64,000 bases of DNA from an uncultured Actinomycetota bacterium. GTDB lineage: Bacteria; Actinomycetota; Actinomycetes; Actinomycetales; CAVURS01. Positions 1 to 10,292 of the stretch are shown here, one piece after another. Location of the stretch: assembly GCA_963743975.1 (NCBI GenBank), contig CAVURS010000003.1, positions 66,780 through 130,779 of the forward strand, given 5' to 3'. Position 1 is the stretch's first letter. Each line of letters starts with the position of its first letter. The notes beneath the pieces are model-generated. The model ran no database searches, was not told the DNA's origin, and was given only the letters and a program-made list of their open reading frames with translations. The position numbers and the translations under genes were made by a program.

Positions 1-310
1 AGCGCCGCCAGAACCGGTTCGCCAGATGCCCGTCCGGCAGCAGGTAGGCGACCAGGACGAGGAAGAGGAACAGCAACACCCAGATGCCCTGGGTCAGCTG
101 ATCGAAGACGAGTCCCGTGTGGGTGGCGCTGGACCCGCTGAGCGCGAGCGTCCCGAAGAACAACCCGTGGGCGACCAGCAGCCAACCCACCGGATGACGC
201 GGCCGGTGGACCAGCACCAGCGCGCCGACGGCGATCGACGTGACGGCGCCGAGGCAGGCGACAACGACTTGCACGCCGGCCAGTCTCGCGCGCCGGCGGA
301 CCCGTGTCAC
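1..310 (-). CDS. sensor histidine kinase-like membrane sensor domain, 5' part only (gene runs off the window)
   Basis: The minus-strand frame is open from GTG at 308-310 to base 2. It is missing from the ORF track because there is no stop in the window. Hand translation VTRVRRRARLAGVQVVVACLGAV..HRPRHPVGWLLVAHG..YLLPDGHLANRFWRR mirrors the N-terminus of the kinase at 4287 (WHRPRNRLSWLL; LLHFPDGHLPSRRWRP). Confidence 0.45.
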   Translation of the reverse strand, partial: MTRVRRRARLAGVQVVVACLGAVTSIAVGALVLVHRPRHPVGWLLVAHGLFFGTLALSGSSATHTGLVFDQLTQGIWVLLFLFLVLVAYLLPDGHLANRFWRR

Positions 311-431
311 CGGTCCCGGGAACGCTTCCCGGGCCGGCCGGGACGCCGGGCTCAGGCGCCCGGGTCAGCAGCCCCGCGAGCCTCACCGAGTCGGTGAGAG
401 TCACCGCCCACCCGTCCGGAAGGACCCGGCC

Positions 432-1082
432 ATGACCGCTTCGAAGTTCGAGAAGATCCTGCCCTGGACCGGCGCTGTCGCCGGACTGCTCTGGGCCCTC
501 TGGGAGATCGTGAGCAAGACGCCCGACCATCCGGCCCGGGCTGGTGCGGTCACGCTGGTCGAGGGCGCGGCCGGACGCAACTACGTCGCCGGCTTCGCGC
601 TCCTGGTCGGCGGGTTGATGCTGCTGTTCTTCGCCGCGCAGGCGCGCAAGTCACTGCGCTCGGGTGAGGCCGCCGAGTCGACGTACTCCTCGGTGGCGCA
701 CGGTGGCCTCGTGATGGCCGCCGCTGGGTTCGCCCTGCTGGGGATCCTCCAGATCGCGCTCGTCAATGCCGCCAAGGCTCATGACGCCGCCGCGACCGAC
801 GCGATCGGGCAGCTGGTCATGATCGGCTGGCTGCCGGCACTGGTCGGTCTGGTCGCCGGCTTCTGGGGTCTCGGTCTCGGGGGTCTGCGTACCGCGACGC
901 TGCCCAAGTGGTTCGCCCTCACGACAACGGCGCTCGGCGTGATCGGGGTCCTCGGCCCACTCGCCTTCGTGGTCTACTTGCTCCTTCCGCTCTGGCTCAT
1001 CGCCGCCGCGATCGTCACCGCCCGTAGTGCCAAGGCCGCGCCCAGCAGCGCAGCGACCTCGACGTCCGTCAACGCCTACTAG
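432..1082 (+). CDS. hypothetical integral membrane protein
   Basis: Part of ORF 240..1082. ATG at 432 follows GGAAGGA. There are several hydrophobic spans (LPWTGAVAGLLWALW, AGFALLVGGLMLLFF, LPALVGLVAGFWGLGLGG, LLLPLWLIAAAIV) and high GC3. Confidence 0.6.
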   Translation: MTASKFEKILPWTGAVAGLLWALWEIVSKTPDHPARAGAVTLVEGAAGRNYVAGFALLVGGLMLLFFAAQARKSLRSGEAAESTYSSVAHGGLVMAAAGFALLGILQIALVNAAKAHDAAATDAIGQLVMIGWLPALVGLVAGFWGLGLGGLRTATLPKWFALTTTALGVIGVLGPLAFVVYLLLPLWLIAAAIVTARSAKAAPSSAATSTSVNAY

Positions 1083-1090
1083 GACGACCG

Positions 1091-1789
1091 ATGAGTGTCC
1101 CAGCCGAAGCTCCAGCCGACACCGCGATGATGGGCATCGTCCACTCCGCATTGCGCCGCGACCTGACGCGCACGACTGCCGCCGTCTCGGCCAGCCCACC
1201 ACCCGGCGACGACCAGCGTCACGCCATCGCCGAGCACCTGGTGTGGATGATGGAGTTCCTGCACCGCCACCACGTCGGTGAGGACGACGGCCTGTGGCCG
1301 TTGGTCCGCGTAGCCGATCCGACGGCCGGTGCCCTCCTCGACGACATGGATGCCGACCACGCCAGGATCGGGCCGCCACTCGAAGCAGTCGTGGCGGCGG
1401 GGAGGCGGTACGGCGTGGACTCCTCACCGCAGGTGAGAGAGGCGTTGCTGGACGCCCTCGCGTCGCTGCGGGAGGTGCTCGATCCGCACCTGCTCCGTGA
1501 GGAGGAGGAGGCGATGCCGGTCGTCTCGAGGGCGTTGAGCCACGCGCAGTGGGAGGCGTTCAACCAGGAGTACTACATCAAGCCGAAGTCGCGCAGGGAG
1601 CTGGGCCGGGAAGGCCACTGGCTCATCGACAGCATCGACCCCGCCGGGTACGCCGTCGTGGTGAGCAACGTGCCACCGATCCCGCGCTTCGTCCTGCTGC
1701 ACGCCTTCGCCGGGCCGTACGCGCGGGCCTGCGCGGCCCGGTGGGGGCCCGACGTCAAGGTCACACCACGACCCCCGGGACCTCGCTAG
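1091..1789 (+). CDS. hemerythrin (HHE cation-binding) domain protein
   Basis: ORF 1091..1789. The pattern HSALRRDL ... LHRHHVGEDDGLWP ... HLLREEEEAMP is typical of actinobacterial hemerythrin-domain proteins. Confidence 0.7.
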   Translation: MSVPAEAPADTAMMGIVHSALRRDLTRTTAAVSASPPPGDDQRHAIAEHLVWMMEFLHRHHVGEDDGLWPLVRVADPTAGALLDDMDADHARIGPPLEAVVAAGRRYGVDSSPQVREALLDALASLREVLDPHLLREEEEAMPVVSRALSHAQWEAFNQEYYIKPKSRRELGREGHWLIDSIDPAGYAVVVSNVPPIPRFVLLHAFAGPYARACAARWGPDVKVTPRPPGPR

Positions 1790-1810
1790 CCGGCATCGCT
1801 CCCGGCGTGG

Positions 1811-2980
1811 TTACCGCTGGACGGTCGCCATGAGGGAGATGGCCTCCGCGGCGGGAGGCAGCTCGTCGATGGCGGTGGCGACCCGGCCGGCCGCGGCTGC
1901 ATACGCGCGATCGGCCAGCAGGTCGGGGATCCGCTCCGCTGCACGCGCGACCGCGCCCGGGCCGATCTCGGTGGTGAGCCCGGCTCCCACGCTCGCGACG
2001 TGGGCTCCGTTGACGATCTGGTCGAAGGAGAACAGCGGGGCGACGCTCTGCGGCACGCCCGCCCTCAGGGCGCCCATGGTCGTGCCGAAGCCGCCGTGGC
2101 CGATCATGGCCGCGGCATGGGCGAGCACGGCGTCCTGGGGCAGCCACCGCCTCACCTGGGCGTTGGACGGCAGGGTCCCGAGCTGGCCGGGGTCGACGGT
2201 ACGGCCGACGGTCATGAGGACGCGCACGTCGACGTCGGCGAGGGCGTCGAGGGCTTCGCGGAACACCCCGGCGAACGGAGGTATCGAGCCGGCGACCGAC
2301 CCGAAGGTCACGTAGACCAGCGGCAGATCCGGTGCTCCCCAGTCCGGCGGCCGTGGCCCGGTGACGGCCGGTGCGGGATCGCGGAACCGCCTGAACCGGG
2401 CCGCCGCGGGCGTCGCCCGGCCCGCAGGCAGGTCCAGCAGCTCCGGGACCAGGCTGAGGACCGGCTCGGCGGCCAGCGCGGCCGGCAGTCGATCGTCGGC
2501 CAGGCCCACCAGCCGGCCCAGCTCCTGGAGCGGGCCGGCGACGGCGTCGGCGAACCGGGCCGCCACCTCGTGCATGCCGATGCACACGTGAACGTGTGGC
2601 ACGCCGATCCGTTCGGCCACAGCGAGGGAGGCGATCTCGGCTGACTCGCGGACGATGACGTCCGGCTGCCACTGCTCGACCGACTCGAGCAGACCCGGCA
2701 GGGCGGCCTGAGCATCGATGCGGCCGAAGACCTCGCGCAGCACCAGGTCGTCGGCCTCCTCGAAGGTCAGGGTCGGCAACCGGGCCATGACGGGTCCGAT
2801 GACGTGCGCGGGTGGGTCGGCGAACGGCACGTGGGGCAGACCCGCGCGCGCCAGCGTGTCACCGAAGGACGTCGGTGCCGCCACTCGAACCTCGTGACCG
2901 GCGGCGACGCAGGCGCGCACGAACGGCAGGAGCGGCCCGAGGTGGCCCTCGTTGGCGGTCGTGGCGAAGAGCACCCGCAT
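1811..2980 (-). CDS. GT1-family UDP-glycosyltransferase (MGT/macrolide-glycosyltransferase-like)
   Basis: C-terminal 389 codons of ORF 1811..3562, starting at MRVLFATTANEGHLGPLLP (ATG 2978-2980). It carries the UDPGT signature HGGFGTTMGALRAGVPQSVAPLFSFDQ. The upstream part of the ORF is Arg-rich off-frame noise. Confidence 0.8.
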   Translation of the reverse strand: MRVLFATTANEGHLGPLLPFVRACVAAGHEVRVAAPTSFGDTLARAGLPHVPFADPPAHVIGPVMARLPTLTFEEADDLVLREVFGRIDAQAALPGLLESVEQWQPDVIVRESAEIASLAVAERIGVPHVHVCIGMHEVAARFADAVAGPLQELGRLVGLADDRLPAALAAEPVLSLVPELLDLPAGRATPAAARFRRFRDPAPAVTGPRPPDWGAPDLPLVYVTFGSVAGSIPPFAGVFREALDALADVDVRVLMTVGRTVDPGQLGTLPSNAQVRRWLPQDAVLAHAAAMIGHGGFGTTMGALRAGVPQSVAPLFSFDQIVNGAHVASVGAGLTTEIGPGAVARAAERIPDLLADRAYAAAAGRVATAIDELPPAAEAISLMATVQR

Positions 2981-3027
2981 AGCCAGAGACTGCCCCCCGA
3001 CCCCTCCGGGCGTCACGCGGCCGGCCC

Positions 3028-3690
3028 TCATCGCGTTGCCCCAGCCCGGGTCAGGCCGGCCTCGGACATGACCGGGGCGGGACCCCACTCGTCGTCGGGG
3101 AGGCGGAGCAGGGCGACGGAGAGGGCGGCGAAGCCGACGGCGTTCAGGCCCCACCCGACCAGGTCGAGCCCGTGGCTGCCGACGATGACGGCCGCGACGA
3201 AGTGAATCGGCTGCGCCACGATGGTCGCGACAGCCGCCCACGCCGGCACGACCCGTCCGCGCAGCATCGCGATGCCCAGCAGGACGGTGCCGAGGACGTG
3301 CCCGGCGACGAACAGACCCCCGGCGATCGACGCTGCGGGGTGCACGCCGTTGTCCATCGCGACCAGCGTGGCGGCAGGCAGATGGTGGCGGACACCGAAC
3401 AGCAGGTACGCGTCGCCGATGGTCAGCCAGGCGATGGACAGGTAGCCCAGCACCAACAACACGGTGGCCACCGCCGCCAGCCGAGGAGAGGACCGTCCGA
3501 CGACCCGCCCCGCGTAGATGACGCCGGGCACCAGGGTGAGGCAGGCGAGGAAGCCCAGCCACACGATGACGTTCTGAGCTCCTTGGTGGGCGGCCACCTC
3601 GCGGACGGCGACACTCGCGGACTGGTTCGTCTTGTACGGCATGACGAAGCGCAGGACGGCCACGGCAAGCGGCCCGATCGGCAGCACCAC
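3028..3690 (-). CDS. hypothetical integral membrane protein
   Basis: ORF 3028..3690 has 5-6 hydrophobic spans and high GC3. The start is uncertain (GTG 3690 or ATG 3642). Confidence 0.55.
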   Translation of the reverse strand: MVLPIGPLAVAVLRFVMPYKTNQSASVAVREVAAHQGAQNVIVWLGFLACLTLVPGVIYAGRVVGRSSPRLAAVATVLLVLGYLSIAWLTIGDAYLLFGVRHHLPAATLVAMDNGVHPAASIAGGLFVAGHVLGTVLLGIAMLRGRVVPAWAAVATIVAQPIHFVAAVIVGSHGLDLVGWGLNAVGFAALSVALLRLPDDEWGPAPVMSEAGLTRAGATR

Positions 3691-3763
3691 CGCTCCCAGG
3701 ACGCGGCTGGCCCGGCGAAGGTCGGGGCGCGCGGCGAGCGTCGGGCGTACGCGAGACCGGCGC

Positions 3764-4117
3764 TCATGCCGTCACCGCCCGGCTGCCCCGAGCGCCGACG
3801 ACCATGGCCACGGCGACGAGCGTCAGGAGCACGATCCCGGCGGCGAGTACCCGCACCGGGGCGGGCACGTCGGAGACGAAGAACGCGGGGGCCGCGCTGG
3901 CGGCGGACACCAGCCGCAGCACGGCAAGGGGAAGCACGGCACGGCGCCGGCCGCGCCAGGCCAGCCAGACACAGGCCAAGCTGGCCAGGCCCACGGCGGC
4001 ATCGGCCAGGGCGACCCACATCGGTGGGTCGTCGCCGTTCGTCATCAGCGGTCCGGCGACGTCGAGCAGCGAGAGCACGCCCAGGATCACCAGGCCGATG
4101 CGGAAGGAGCGAGACAT
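3764..4117 (-). CDS. small hypothetical membrane protein
   Basis: Last 117 codons of ORF 3764..4288, from MSRSFRIGLVILGVLSLL. A GGAGG sits 7 nt upstream of the ATG at 4115-4117. Three or four TM-like spans. Confidence 0.5.
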   Translation of the reverse strand: MSRSFRIGLVILGVLSLLDVAGPLMTNGDDPPMWVALADAAVGLASLACVWLAWRGRRRAVLPLAVLRLVSAASAAPAFFVSDVPAPVRVLAAGIVLLTLVAVAMVVGARGSRAVTA

Positions 4118-4286
4118 GGACAACCTCCAGGGGAGTCGTGGCCGGCACGTCCGACCGGCCACGACCCTGGCGGCGATCCACACCCGGTGAGCAGGGTCCG
4201 CGGACCCGACGCCCACCGGAGATCTCCCCGGACGACCAGGAACGCATTCCCGGGCTGTCGGGAACGGCGCCGGTCCACAATGAGGC

Positions 4287-6291
4287 ATGCCGCCGCCCCA
4301 GCCCGTCGCTGCCGAGGACCGTGGGCTGCGTCGTACGGCGCTCGTCCTGGGCGGCTTCGCCCTGGCCGAGGTGATCCTCGGCTACCTGCTGGCCGGGGTC
4401 GCCGGTTTCGGCTGGGGGCGACTGCTCTCGACCTACATGGCGTCCAACGGGCTGATGGGAGCCTCCTTCGCGGGCAGCGGACTGCTGATCGCCTGGCACC
4501 GCCCGCGGAACCGGCTGAGCTGGCTGCTCATCGCCGACGGTCTCGGCCACGCGACGAGCACCCTCGCCGTGCCGCTCGCCCAGCTCGTCCACGACCATCA
4601 CGGCTCGCAGCTGCTGCTGCGCTCGCTGATCACCGTCTTCATGGTCTCCTGGCCCTGGTCGATCACCCTGTTCCTGCCGCTCGTGTTGCTCCACTTCCCC
4701 GACGGCCACCTGCCGAGCCGGCGCTGGCGTCCGGTGGCATGGGGCCTCGTGGTCACCGCCCCGCTCTTCGTGGCCGAGATGGTGGCCGACCCCACGCCCG
4801 TCGTGGACGGCTTTCCCCGCGGCTACCTGACCATGTCCTCCTACCACTCACTGGGCTGGCTGTGGGCGGTGTCCGAGGCCCGGGTCCTGGCTGCTTTGGC
4901 GGTCGGCGTGGTGGCGCTGGTCGTGCGGTACCACCGGGCGGACGAGACCGGACGGCGACAGTTGTTGTGGCTGCTGCTGGCCGGTGTCGTCGTCGTGGCC
5001 GCCGGTGCTGCCCTGGTCGTTCGTCGCCGGCACGCCCGTGGTCGTCCTGTTCTCGATCCCGTTGATACCACTGGCGATCGGCGTCGCGGTCGTACGTCAC
5101 CAGCTGCTCGACATCCGGCTGGTCCTCTCGCGCGCGGTCGCCTGGCTGCTGCTGTCGCTCGCCGCACTCGCGGCGTACGGCGCGCTGGTCGCCCTGCTCG
5201 GGACCGCCCTGGACGGCGCCGGCCGCCGGTCGGCCCTGTTGACCGCCCTGATCGCGGTGGCGTTGGCGCCGTTCCTGCCTCGGCTGCAACGCGAGGTGGA
5301 CCGGTGGACGTACGGCGAGCGCGGGGACCCGGCCCGCGTGGCCGAGCGGCTCGGTGAGCATCTGGCCGCCGGGGGGGAGCGCGGCCTGACCGGTGTCGTG
5401 TCGTCCCTGCGAGCCGCGCTGCGGCTGCCGTACGTCGCGCTGGCCGATGACGAGACGACCCTGGCCGCGGACGGGTCGCCGCCGGCCACCGTCGCCGTCC
5501 TCCCGTTGACCTACGCGGGAAACGTGGTCGGGCGGTTGGAGATCGGGCTGCGTCCGGGTGAGAAGGCGCTCGACGAGGACGACCTCCCGGCCCTGCAGAT
5601 CGTCGCGGCGCCCCTGGCCGTCGCGCTCGGAGCCCTGCGCCTGTCCGAGGACCTGGAGCGATCGCGCTCGCGGATCGTCGCGGCTCGGGAGGAGGAGCGC
5701 CGCCGGCTGCGACGCGATCTGCACGACGGCCTCGGCCCCACGCTGACCGGTCTGGCCCTCGCCGCCGACGCGGCCACGAACTTCCTGGACCACGAGCCGG
5801 AGCAGAGTCGGGAGCTGCTGGACTCCCTGCGTCGCGACACCCGTACGGCGATCGGTGAGGTGCGCCGTCTCATCGACGACCTGCGCCCACCGGTGCTGGA
5901 CGAGCTCGGGTTGGTCGGCGCCCTCAAGGAACGGGTGGCCGCACTGCGCCGGCGCGACGACGGCAGCGTCGTCGACGTGCGCGTGGTCGCACCCGAGGCG
6001 CTTCCGGCCCTCCCGGCGGCCGCCGAGGTCGTCGCCTACCGGGTCGCGACCGAGGCCCTGCTCAATGTGACTCGGCACGCGGGCGCGCGCGGCGCCGTCA
6101 TCGAGATCAGCTGCAACGGCTCGCTCGACGTGTCCGTCCTCGACGACGGCTCCGTCGACACGGCATGGACCCCCGGCGTAGGGCTGAGCGCGATGCGCGA
6201 GCGCGCGGCCGAGGTCGGAGCTCGCTTCGAGGCCGGGCCGACGACATCCGGAGGGCGCGTGTTCCTGTCCATCCCCCTGGCGGTGACGTGA
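4287..6291 (+). pseudogene. two-component sensor histidine kinase (HisKA_3 type, NarL partner); frame broken once as read
   Basis: ORFs 4287..5357 and 4984..6291 are two halves of one gene. The membrane sensor half runs into ...RRQLLWLLLAGVVVVAAGA, then continues in the next frame as LPWSFVAGTPVVVLF. H-box EEERRRLRRDLHDGLGPTL, N-box EALLNVTRHAGA, G-box GVGLSAMRERA. The junction lies near 5005-5015 at CCC 5011-5013. Confidence 0.85.
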
Positions 6292-6944
6292 CGATCCGCG
6301 TCGTCGTCGCCGACGATCACCCGATCGTGCGCGCCGGGCTGACTGCCCTGCTGGGCTCGCTGCCCGACTTCGACGTGGTGGCGGTGGCCGCTGACGGCCG
6401 CGCGGCCGTGCGCGAGGTCGTCGCCACCAAGCCCGACGTCGCTCTCCTCGACCTGCACATGCCCGAGCTCGACGGGATCGCCGCGACCCGGGAGCTGGCT
6501 CGGGTCGCGCCGTCGGTCGCGGTCCTCGTGCTGACGATGCGCGACGACGACGAGTCGGTGTTCGCGGCGATGCGGGCCGGGGCCCGCGGGTACCTCGTCA
6601 AGGGCGTCGAGCAGGAGGACATCGCGCGCGCCATCACCTCGGTCGCCGCCGGGCAGGCCATCTTCGGAAACGGTGTGGCCCAGCGCGTCCTCGCCTCGCT
6701 CCAAGGACCTGGGGCCGGTCCCGCGCCGACGGCGTTCCCCGAGCTCACCCAGCGCGAGCGCGACGTCCTGGACCTGGTTGCCGCCGGGCTGAACAACGCG
6801 GCCGTCGGCCGACGGCTCGGTGTCGCGCCCAAGACGGTGGCCAACCACGTCTCGGCCATCTTCCTCAAGCTCCAGGTCGCCGACCGGCCCGAGGCGATCA
6901 TCCGGGCCAGAGAGGCCGGCCTGGGGCAGACGTCGTCCAGCTGA
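6288..6944 (+). CDS. NarL/LuxR-family response regulator
   Basis: GTG 6288 overlaps the kinase stop (GTGA). Receiver domain IRVVVADDHPIVRAGL..DVALLDLHMPELDG, plus a LuxR HTH LTQRERDVLDLVAAGLNNAAVGRRLGVAPKTVANHVSAIFLKL. Confidence 0.9.
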   Translation: MTIRVVVADDHPIVRAGLTALLGSLPDFDVVAVAADGRAAVREVVATKPDVALLDLHMPELDGIAATRELARVAPSVAVLVLTMRDDDESVFAAMRAGARGYLVKGVEQEDIARAITSVAAGQAIFGNGVAQRVLASLQGPGAGPAPTAFPELTQRERDVLDLVAAGLNNAAVGRRLGVAPKTVANHVSAIFLKLQVADRPEAIIRAREAGLGQTSSS

Positions 6945-7044
6945 CCCCGCCCGGCTCGTGCTCGCCTGACTTGATCGCGCCCGCACCGCTGACGTCGCGC
7001 TGCGGGACGCGGGGGCTGAGGGGCCGCACCGCATGGCATGATGC

Positions 7045-7063
7045 ACAGGCTTCCTGAAGATTG
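7045..7063. promoter_or_regulatory. candidate operator, copy A of the ACAGGyTTCCTGA motif
   Basis: ACAGGCTTCCTGAAGATTG lies about 90 nt upstream of the MarR start. It matches 15554..15572 at 17 of 19 positions and shares TGATGyACAGGyTTCCTGA with 9334..9352. Confidence 0.4.
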
Positions 7064-7154
7064 GTGGAGCGGTCATTGCCACGCGGCCCTCACGTCCGCG
7101 GGCGTCGTAGCATTTGGCCGAACCCCGACCAGATCCACCAGAGCGGAGGATGCC

Positions 7155-7592
7155 GTGCCAGCCGCCGAGCCCACGCTGCTCTACATCATGAAACAGCTGG
7201 AGCTCGTGGTCCGCGCCCGCTTGGACGACATCGTCCGCCCGGCCGGCCTGACTGCCCTGCAGTACACCGCTCTCACCGTCCTGGAGCGGCGGCCGGACCT
7301 CACGAGCTCGCAGCTGGCGCGCCGGTCCTTCGTCACCGCACAGGCGATGGCCGACATGGTCACGTCACTGGAGGGCCAGGGCCTGATCGAACGTCACCGC
7401 GATGCCGGAGACCGGCGCCGCCTGGTGATCGCGCTGACGAGCGACGGCAAGGCGCTGCTGCGCCGGTACCGGCGCAAGGTCGCTGCCCTGCAGCAGGAGA
7501 TGCTGCACGGGCTCAGCCCCGACGAGGCGGACCGGCTGCGCCGCTCGTTGCTCGTCTGCCGGGGGAACCTCGCCGGTCGCCACGCGACGTGA
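7155..7592 (+). CDS. MarR-family transcriptional regulator
   Basis: In-frame GTG at 7155 follows GGAGGA. Winged-helix core LTALQYTALTVLERRPDLTSSQLARRSFVTAQAMADMVTSLEGQGLIERHRDAGDRRRLVIALTSDG. Confidence 0.85.
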   Translation: MPAAEPTLLYIMKQLELVVRARLDDIVRPAGLTALQYTALTVLERRPDLTSSQLARRSFVTAQAMADMVTSLEGQGLIERHRDAGDRRRLVIALTSDGKALLRRYRRKVAALQQEMLHGLSPDEADRLRRSLLVCRGNLAGRHAT

Positions 7593-7593
7593 C

Positions 7594-7615
7594 CCGAGCG
7601 CCAGGCGTCGCTCGG
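7594..7615. terminator. hairpin between the convergent MarR and MFS genes
   Basis: CCGAGCG (7594-7600) and CGCTCGG (7609-7615) form a 7-bp inverted repeat inside the 27-nt gap between the two stop codons. There is no U tract. Confidence 0.3.
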
Positions 7616-7619
7616 TAGC

Positions 7620-9305
7620 TCAGTGCACCAGCTCGGCGTCGGCCTCCAGGAAGGCGTCGTGGTGCCGCCGCCCGCCGAGCAGGACCGCGGCGAGCAGCGC
7701 GGCGACGACGCCGCGATGCCGCAGACCAGGTAGCCGATCGCGTAGGCGTGGGACAGCGCGTGGAAGGCGATGTCCTGGATCGGGTTGAACGGCATCAGCT
7801 TGCCGCCCGGGCCGGGGACCTGGGCCGGCACGCGCGTTCTGCCCCAGCGGCCCGGACTTCACCGCTCCCACGGCCGCCGAGACGGTGGCCTTCTGGGCCG
7901 CGGGGACGTGGGCCGGCGCCGCGTAGAACCCGTTCAGCGCGGCCTGCAGGGCCGGGCAGGCCGCGATCTTGGCGCTGATGGCGTTGGCGGCGTTGGTCAG
8001 CGCGATGGCGCCGACGATGGCCGGCCCGAGGGTGAGGCCGAAGTCACGCAGCATGCTGGTCGCGCCGCTGGCCATGCCCGCCTTGGGGGTCGGGACGCTG
8101 TTGACCGCCACGACGGTGATCGAGGTGACCGACAGCTTGAACCCGGCACCGACGACGAGCAGCGGCACGGCGATCGCCGCGATCGACAGGTGCGTCGCCG
8201 GGATCGCGGCGAGGACCAGGTCGCCGACGCCGATCAGCCCCATGCCGGCGGCCAGCACCCAGCCGGGGTTGAAGCGCTCGATCATCCGGGTGCTGACCGG
8301 GAAGAGGACCACGCCCATGACGTTGAGGCAGAAGAAGCCGATCGAGGTCTTCAGCGGCGAGTACCCCTGGATCGCGGAGAGCCGGATGCTGGTGGCGTAG
8401 GCCGTGCCGAGGTAGGCGAACATGCCGATCACGGTCACCACCGCGGAGACCGCGAAGATCCGGTTGCTGAAGAGGTCGAGCTGGATCAGCGGCCGGTCGA
8501 CCCGGCGCTCGATGACCACGAAGATCACCATGAAGACCGCGGCGACGACGAAGCCGCCGACCACCTTGGCGCTGCCCCAGCCGTCCTCGGCGCCCTGGAT
8601 CACGGCGTAGAGCAGCGCGAAGAGCGAGACCGCGATGGTGATCTGGCCGGGCCAGTCCAGCGAGCGGCCCTGGGGCGCCGAGGAGTTCTGGGCCGAGGTC
8701 AGGGTGATCACGGCGCTGACGAGGGCGAGCACCGCCATCGCGAGGAACGCGTAGCGCCAGCTGGCGTACGCTCCGCCGGAGTGGTGGATCCGGAACAGCA
8801 GACCGGCCAGGACCGGCGAGACGAAGCCGGCGCCGGTGAGCGCGGCGGCCCAGATCGAGATGGCGTGCGCGCGCTCCTTGACGTTGTGAGTGCCCGCCGC
8901 GAGCATCGCCACCGAGGTCGGGAAGATCGCGGCGGCGCCGATGCCCGAGATCACCTGTCCGGTCAGCAGCACACCGACGCCGTTGGTCGGCGTGAAGAAG
9001 CCGAACAGCCCGCCGATCGCCATCAGCACCGCGCCGATGGCGAGCAGCCGCTTGCGCCCGAACAGGTCGCCGACCACACCGAAGCTCAGCTCCAGCAGCG
9101 TGACCGGCACCAGGAAGGCGTCGGAGACCCAGGTGAGCTGGGTCGACGTCGTCCCGAGGTCCAGGTTGATGGAGCCGTTGATCACGGCCGGGATGGACAG
9201 CCCGATCTGGGCGACGGCGACCGCTGCTGCCGCAGCCATCAGGGTGCCGCTGGTCAGGCGCTTTCCATCCTGCGCTGCGCGAGGGTCAGGCGAGGTGGTC
9301 GTCAT
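7620..9305 (-). pseudogene. MFS transporter (DHA2/EmrB-like, about 14 TM); frame leaves and returns near the 3' end
   Basis: ORF 7620..9323 contains the MFS motif GDLFGRKRLLAIG. Between about 7835 and about 7710 the sensible sequence (VPAQVPGPGGKLMPFNPIQDIAFHALSHAYAIGYLVCGIAA) is in the frame of ORF 7394..7831. It then returns to the main frame (VVAALLAAVLLGG...). Likely start is ATG 9303-9305. Confidence 0.8.
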
Positions 9306-9326
9306 GGTGCTGAAGCAAACCACAAC

Positions 9327-9349
9327 GGAAACCTGATGTACAGGTTTCC
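9327..9349. promoter_or_regulatory. perfect 9-5-9 palindrome, candidate operator (copy C of the shared motif)
   Basis: GGAAACCTG-ATGTA-CAGGTTTCC lies just upstream of the MFS gene start and downstream of the amidohydrolase stop. It contains ACAGGTTTCCTGA (9340-9352). Confidence 0.5.
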
Positions 9350-9402
9350 TGACTACTCCTGCGCCCGGCCGTCCGGTACCGGCCCAGAGGCCGTCGAACG
9401 AG

Positions 9403-10292
9403 TCAGACGAGGCCGAGGATCCGGGCCGCCGTGCCCTTGAGGATGTCGGGGTGGCGTTCGGCCGGGATCCCGAGCTCCTGGAAGTCGGCCAGCCAGCGCT
9501 CGGGGGTGATCAGCGGGTAGTCGCTGCCGAAGAGGACCTTGTGGCGCAAGGGCCCGCCGGCGGCCCGGACCAGCTCGGGCGGGAAGTACTTGGGCCGCCA
9601 GCCGGACAGGTCGATGAACACGTTGGCCTTGTGGGTGGCCATCGAGATCGCCTCGGCCTGCCACGGCACCGAGGGGTGCGCGAGGATCACCGTGAGGCGC
9701 GGGAAGTCGGCGGCGACGTCGTCGAGCAGCAGCGGGTTGGAGTAGCGCAGCTTGATCCCGCGACCGCCGGGCAGGCCGGCGCCGATGCCGTTCTGCCCGG
9801 TGTGGAACAGCGCCGGGACGCCGAGCTCCTCCAGCGCGCCCCACAGCGGCGCGAACGCGGGGTCGTCGGGTGCGAAGGCCTGCAGGCTGGGGTGGAACTT
9901 GAAGCCGCGGACGCCGTGCTCGTCGACGAGCCGTCGTGCGCGCTGGATCGCCGCCTGACCCTGATGGGGGTCGACCGAGCCGAAGGGGATGAGCACGTCG
10001 GCGTGCTCGCCGGCCTGGTCGGCGATCTCCTCGCTGGACAGGGCCGGGTGGCCGGTCGCGGTGGTCGCGTCGACGGTGAAGATGACCGCGGCCATGCCCG
10101 ACGGCGCGGTAGCGGGCGGCGAGGTCCGCGACGGTCGGGGTGCGGCTCTCCGCACTCCTTGAAGTACGCCGCGGAGGCGTCCATCAGCTCCTGGTCCAGG
10201 GACAGGTGACCGTGGTCGTCGGCCTCGACGTGCACGTGGACGTCGAGCGCGGTGATCGCGTCGAGGTCGATGCGGGGCTCGTAGCGGGTCAT
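9403..10292 (-). pseudogene. amidohydrolase-2 (PF04909-like) family metal hydrolase; two frame breaks
   Basis: N-terminus MTRYEPRIDLDAITALDVHVHVEADDHGH (tail of ORF 9687..11891). The third frame gives SRTPTVADLAARYRAVG. ORF 9403..10836 then gives MAAVIFTVDATTATGHP...FGSDYPLITPERW. Junctions are near 10141-10165 and at CCC 10097-10099. The ATG overlaps the ligase stop (ATGA at 10289-10292). Confidence 0.8.
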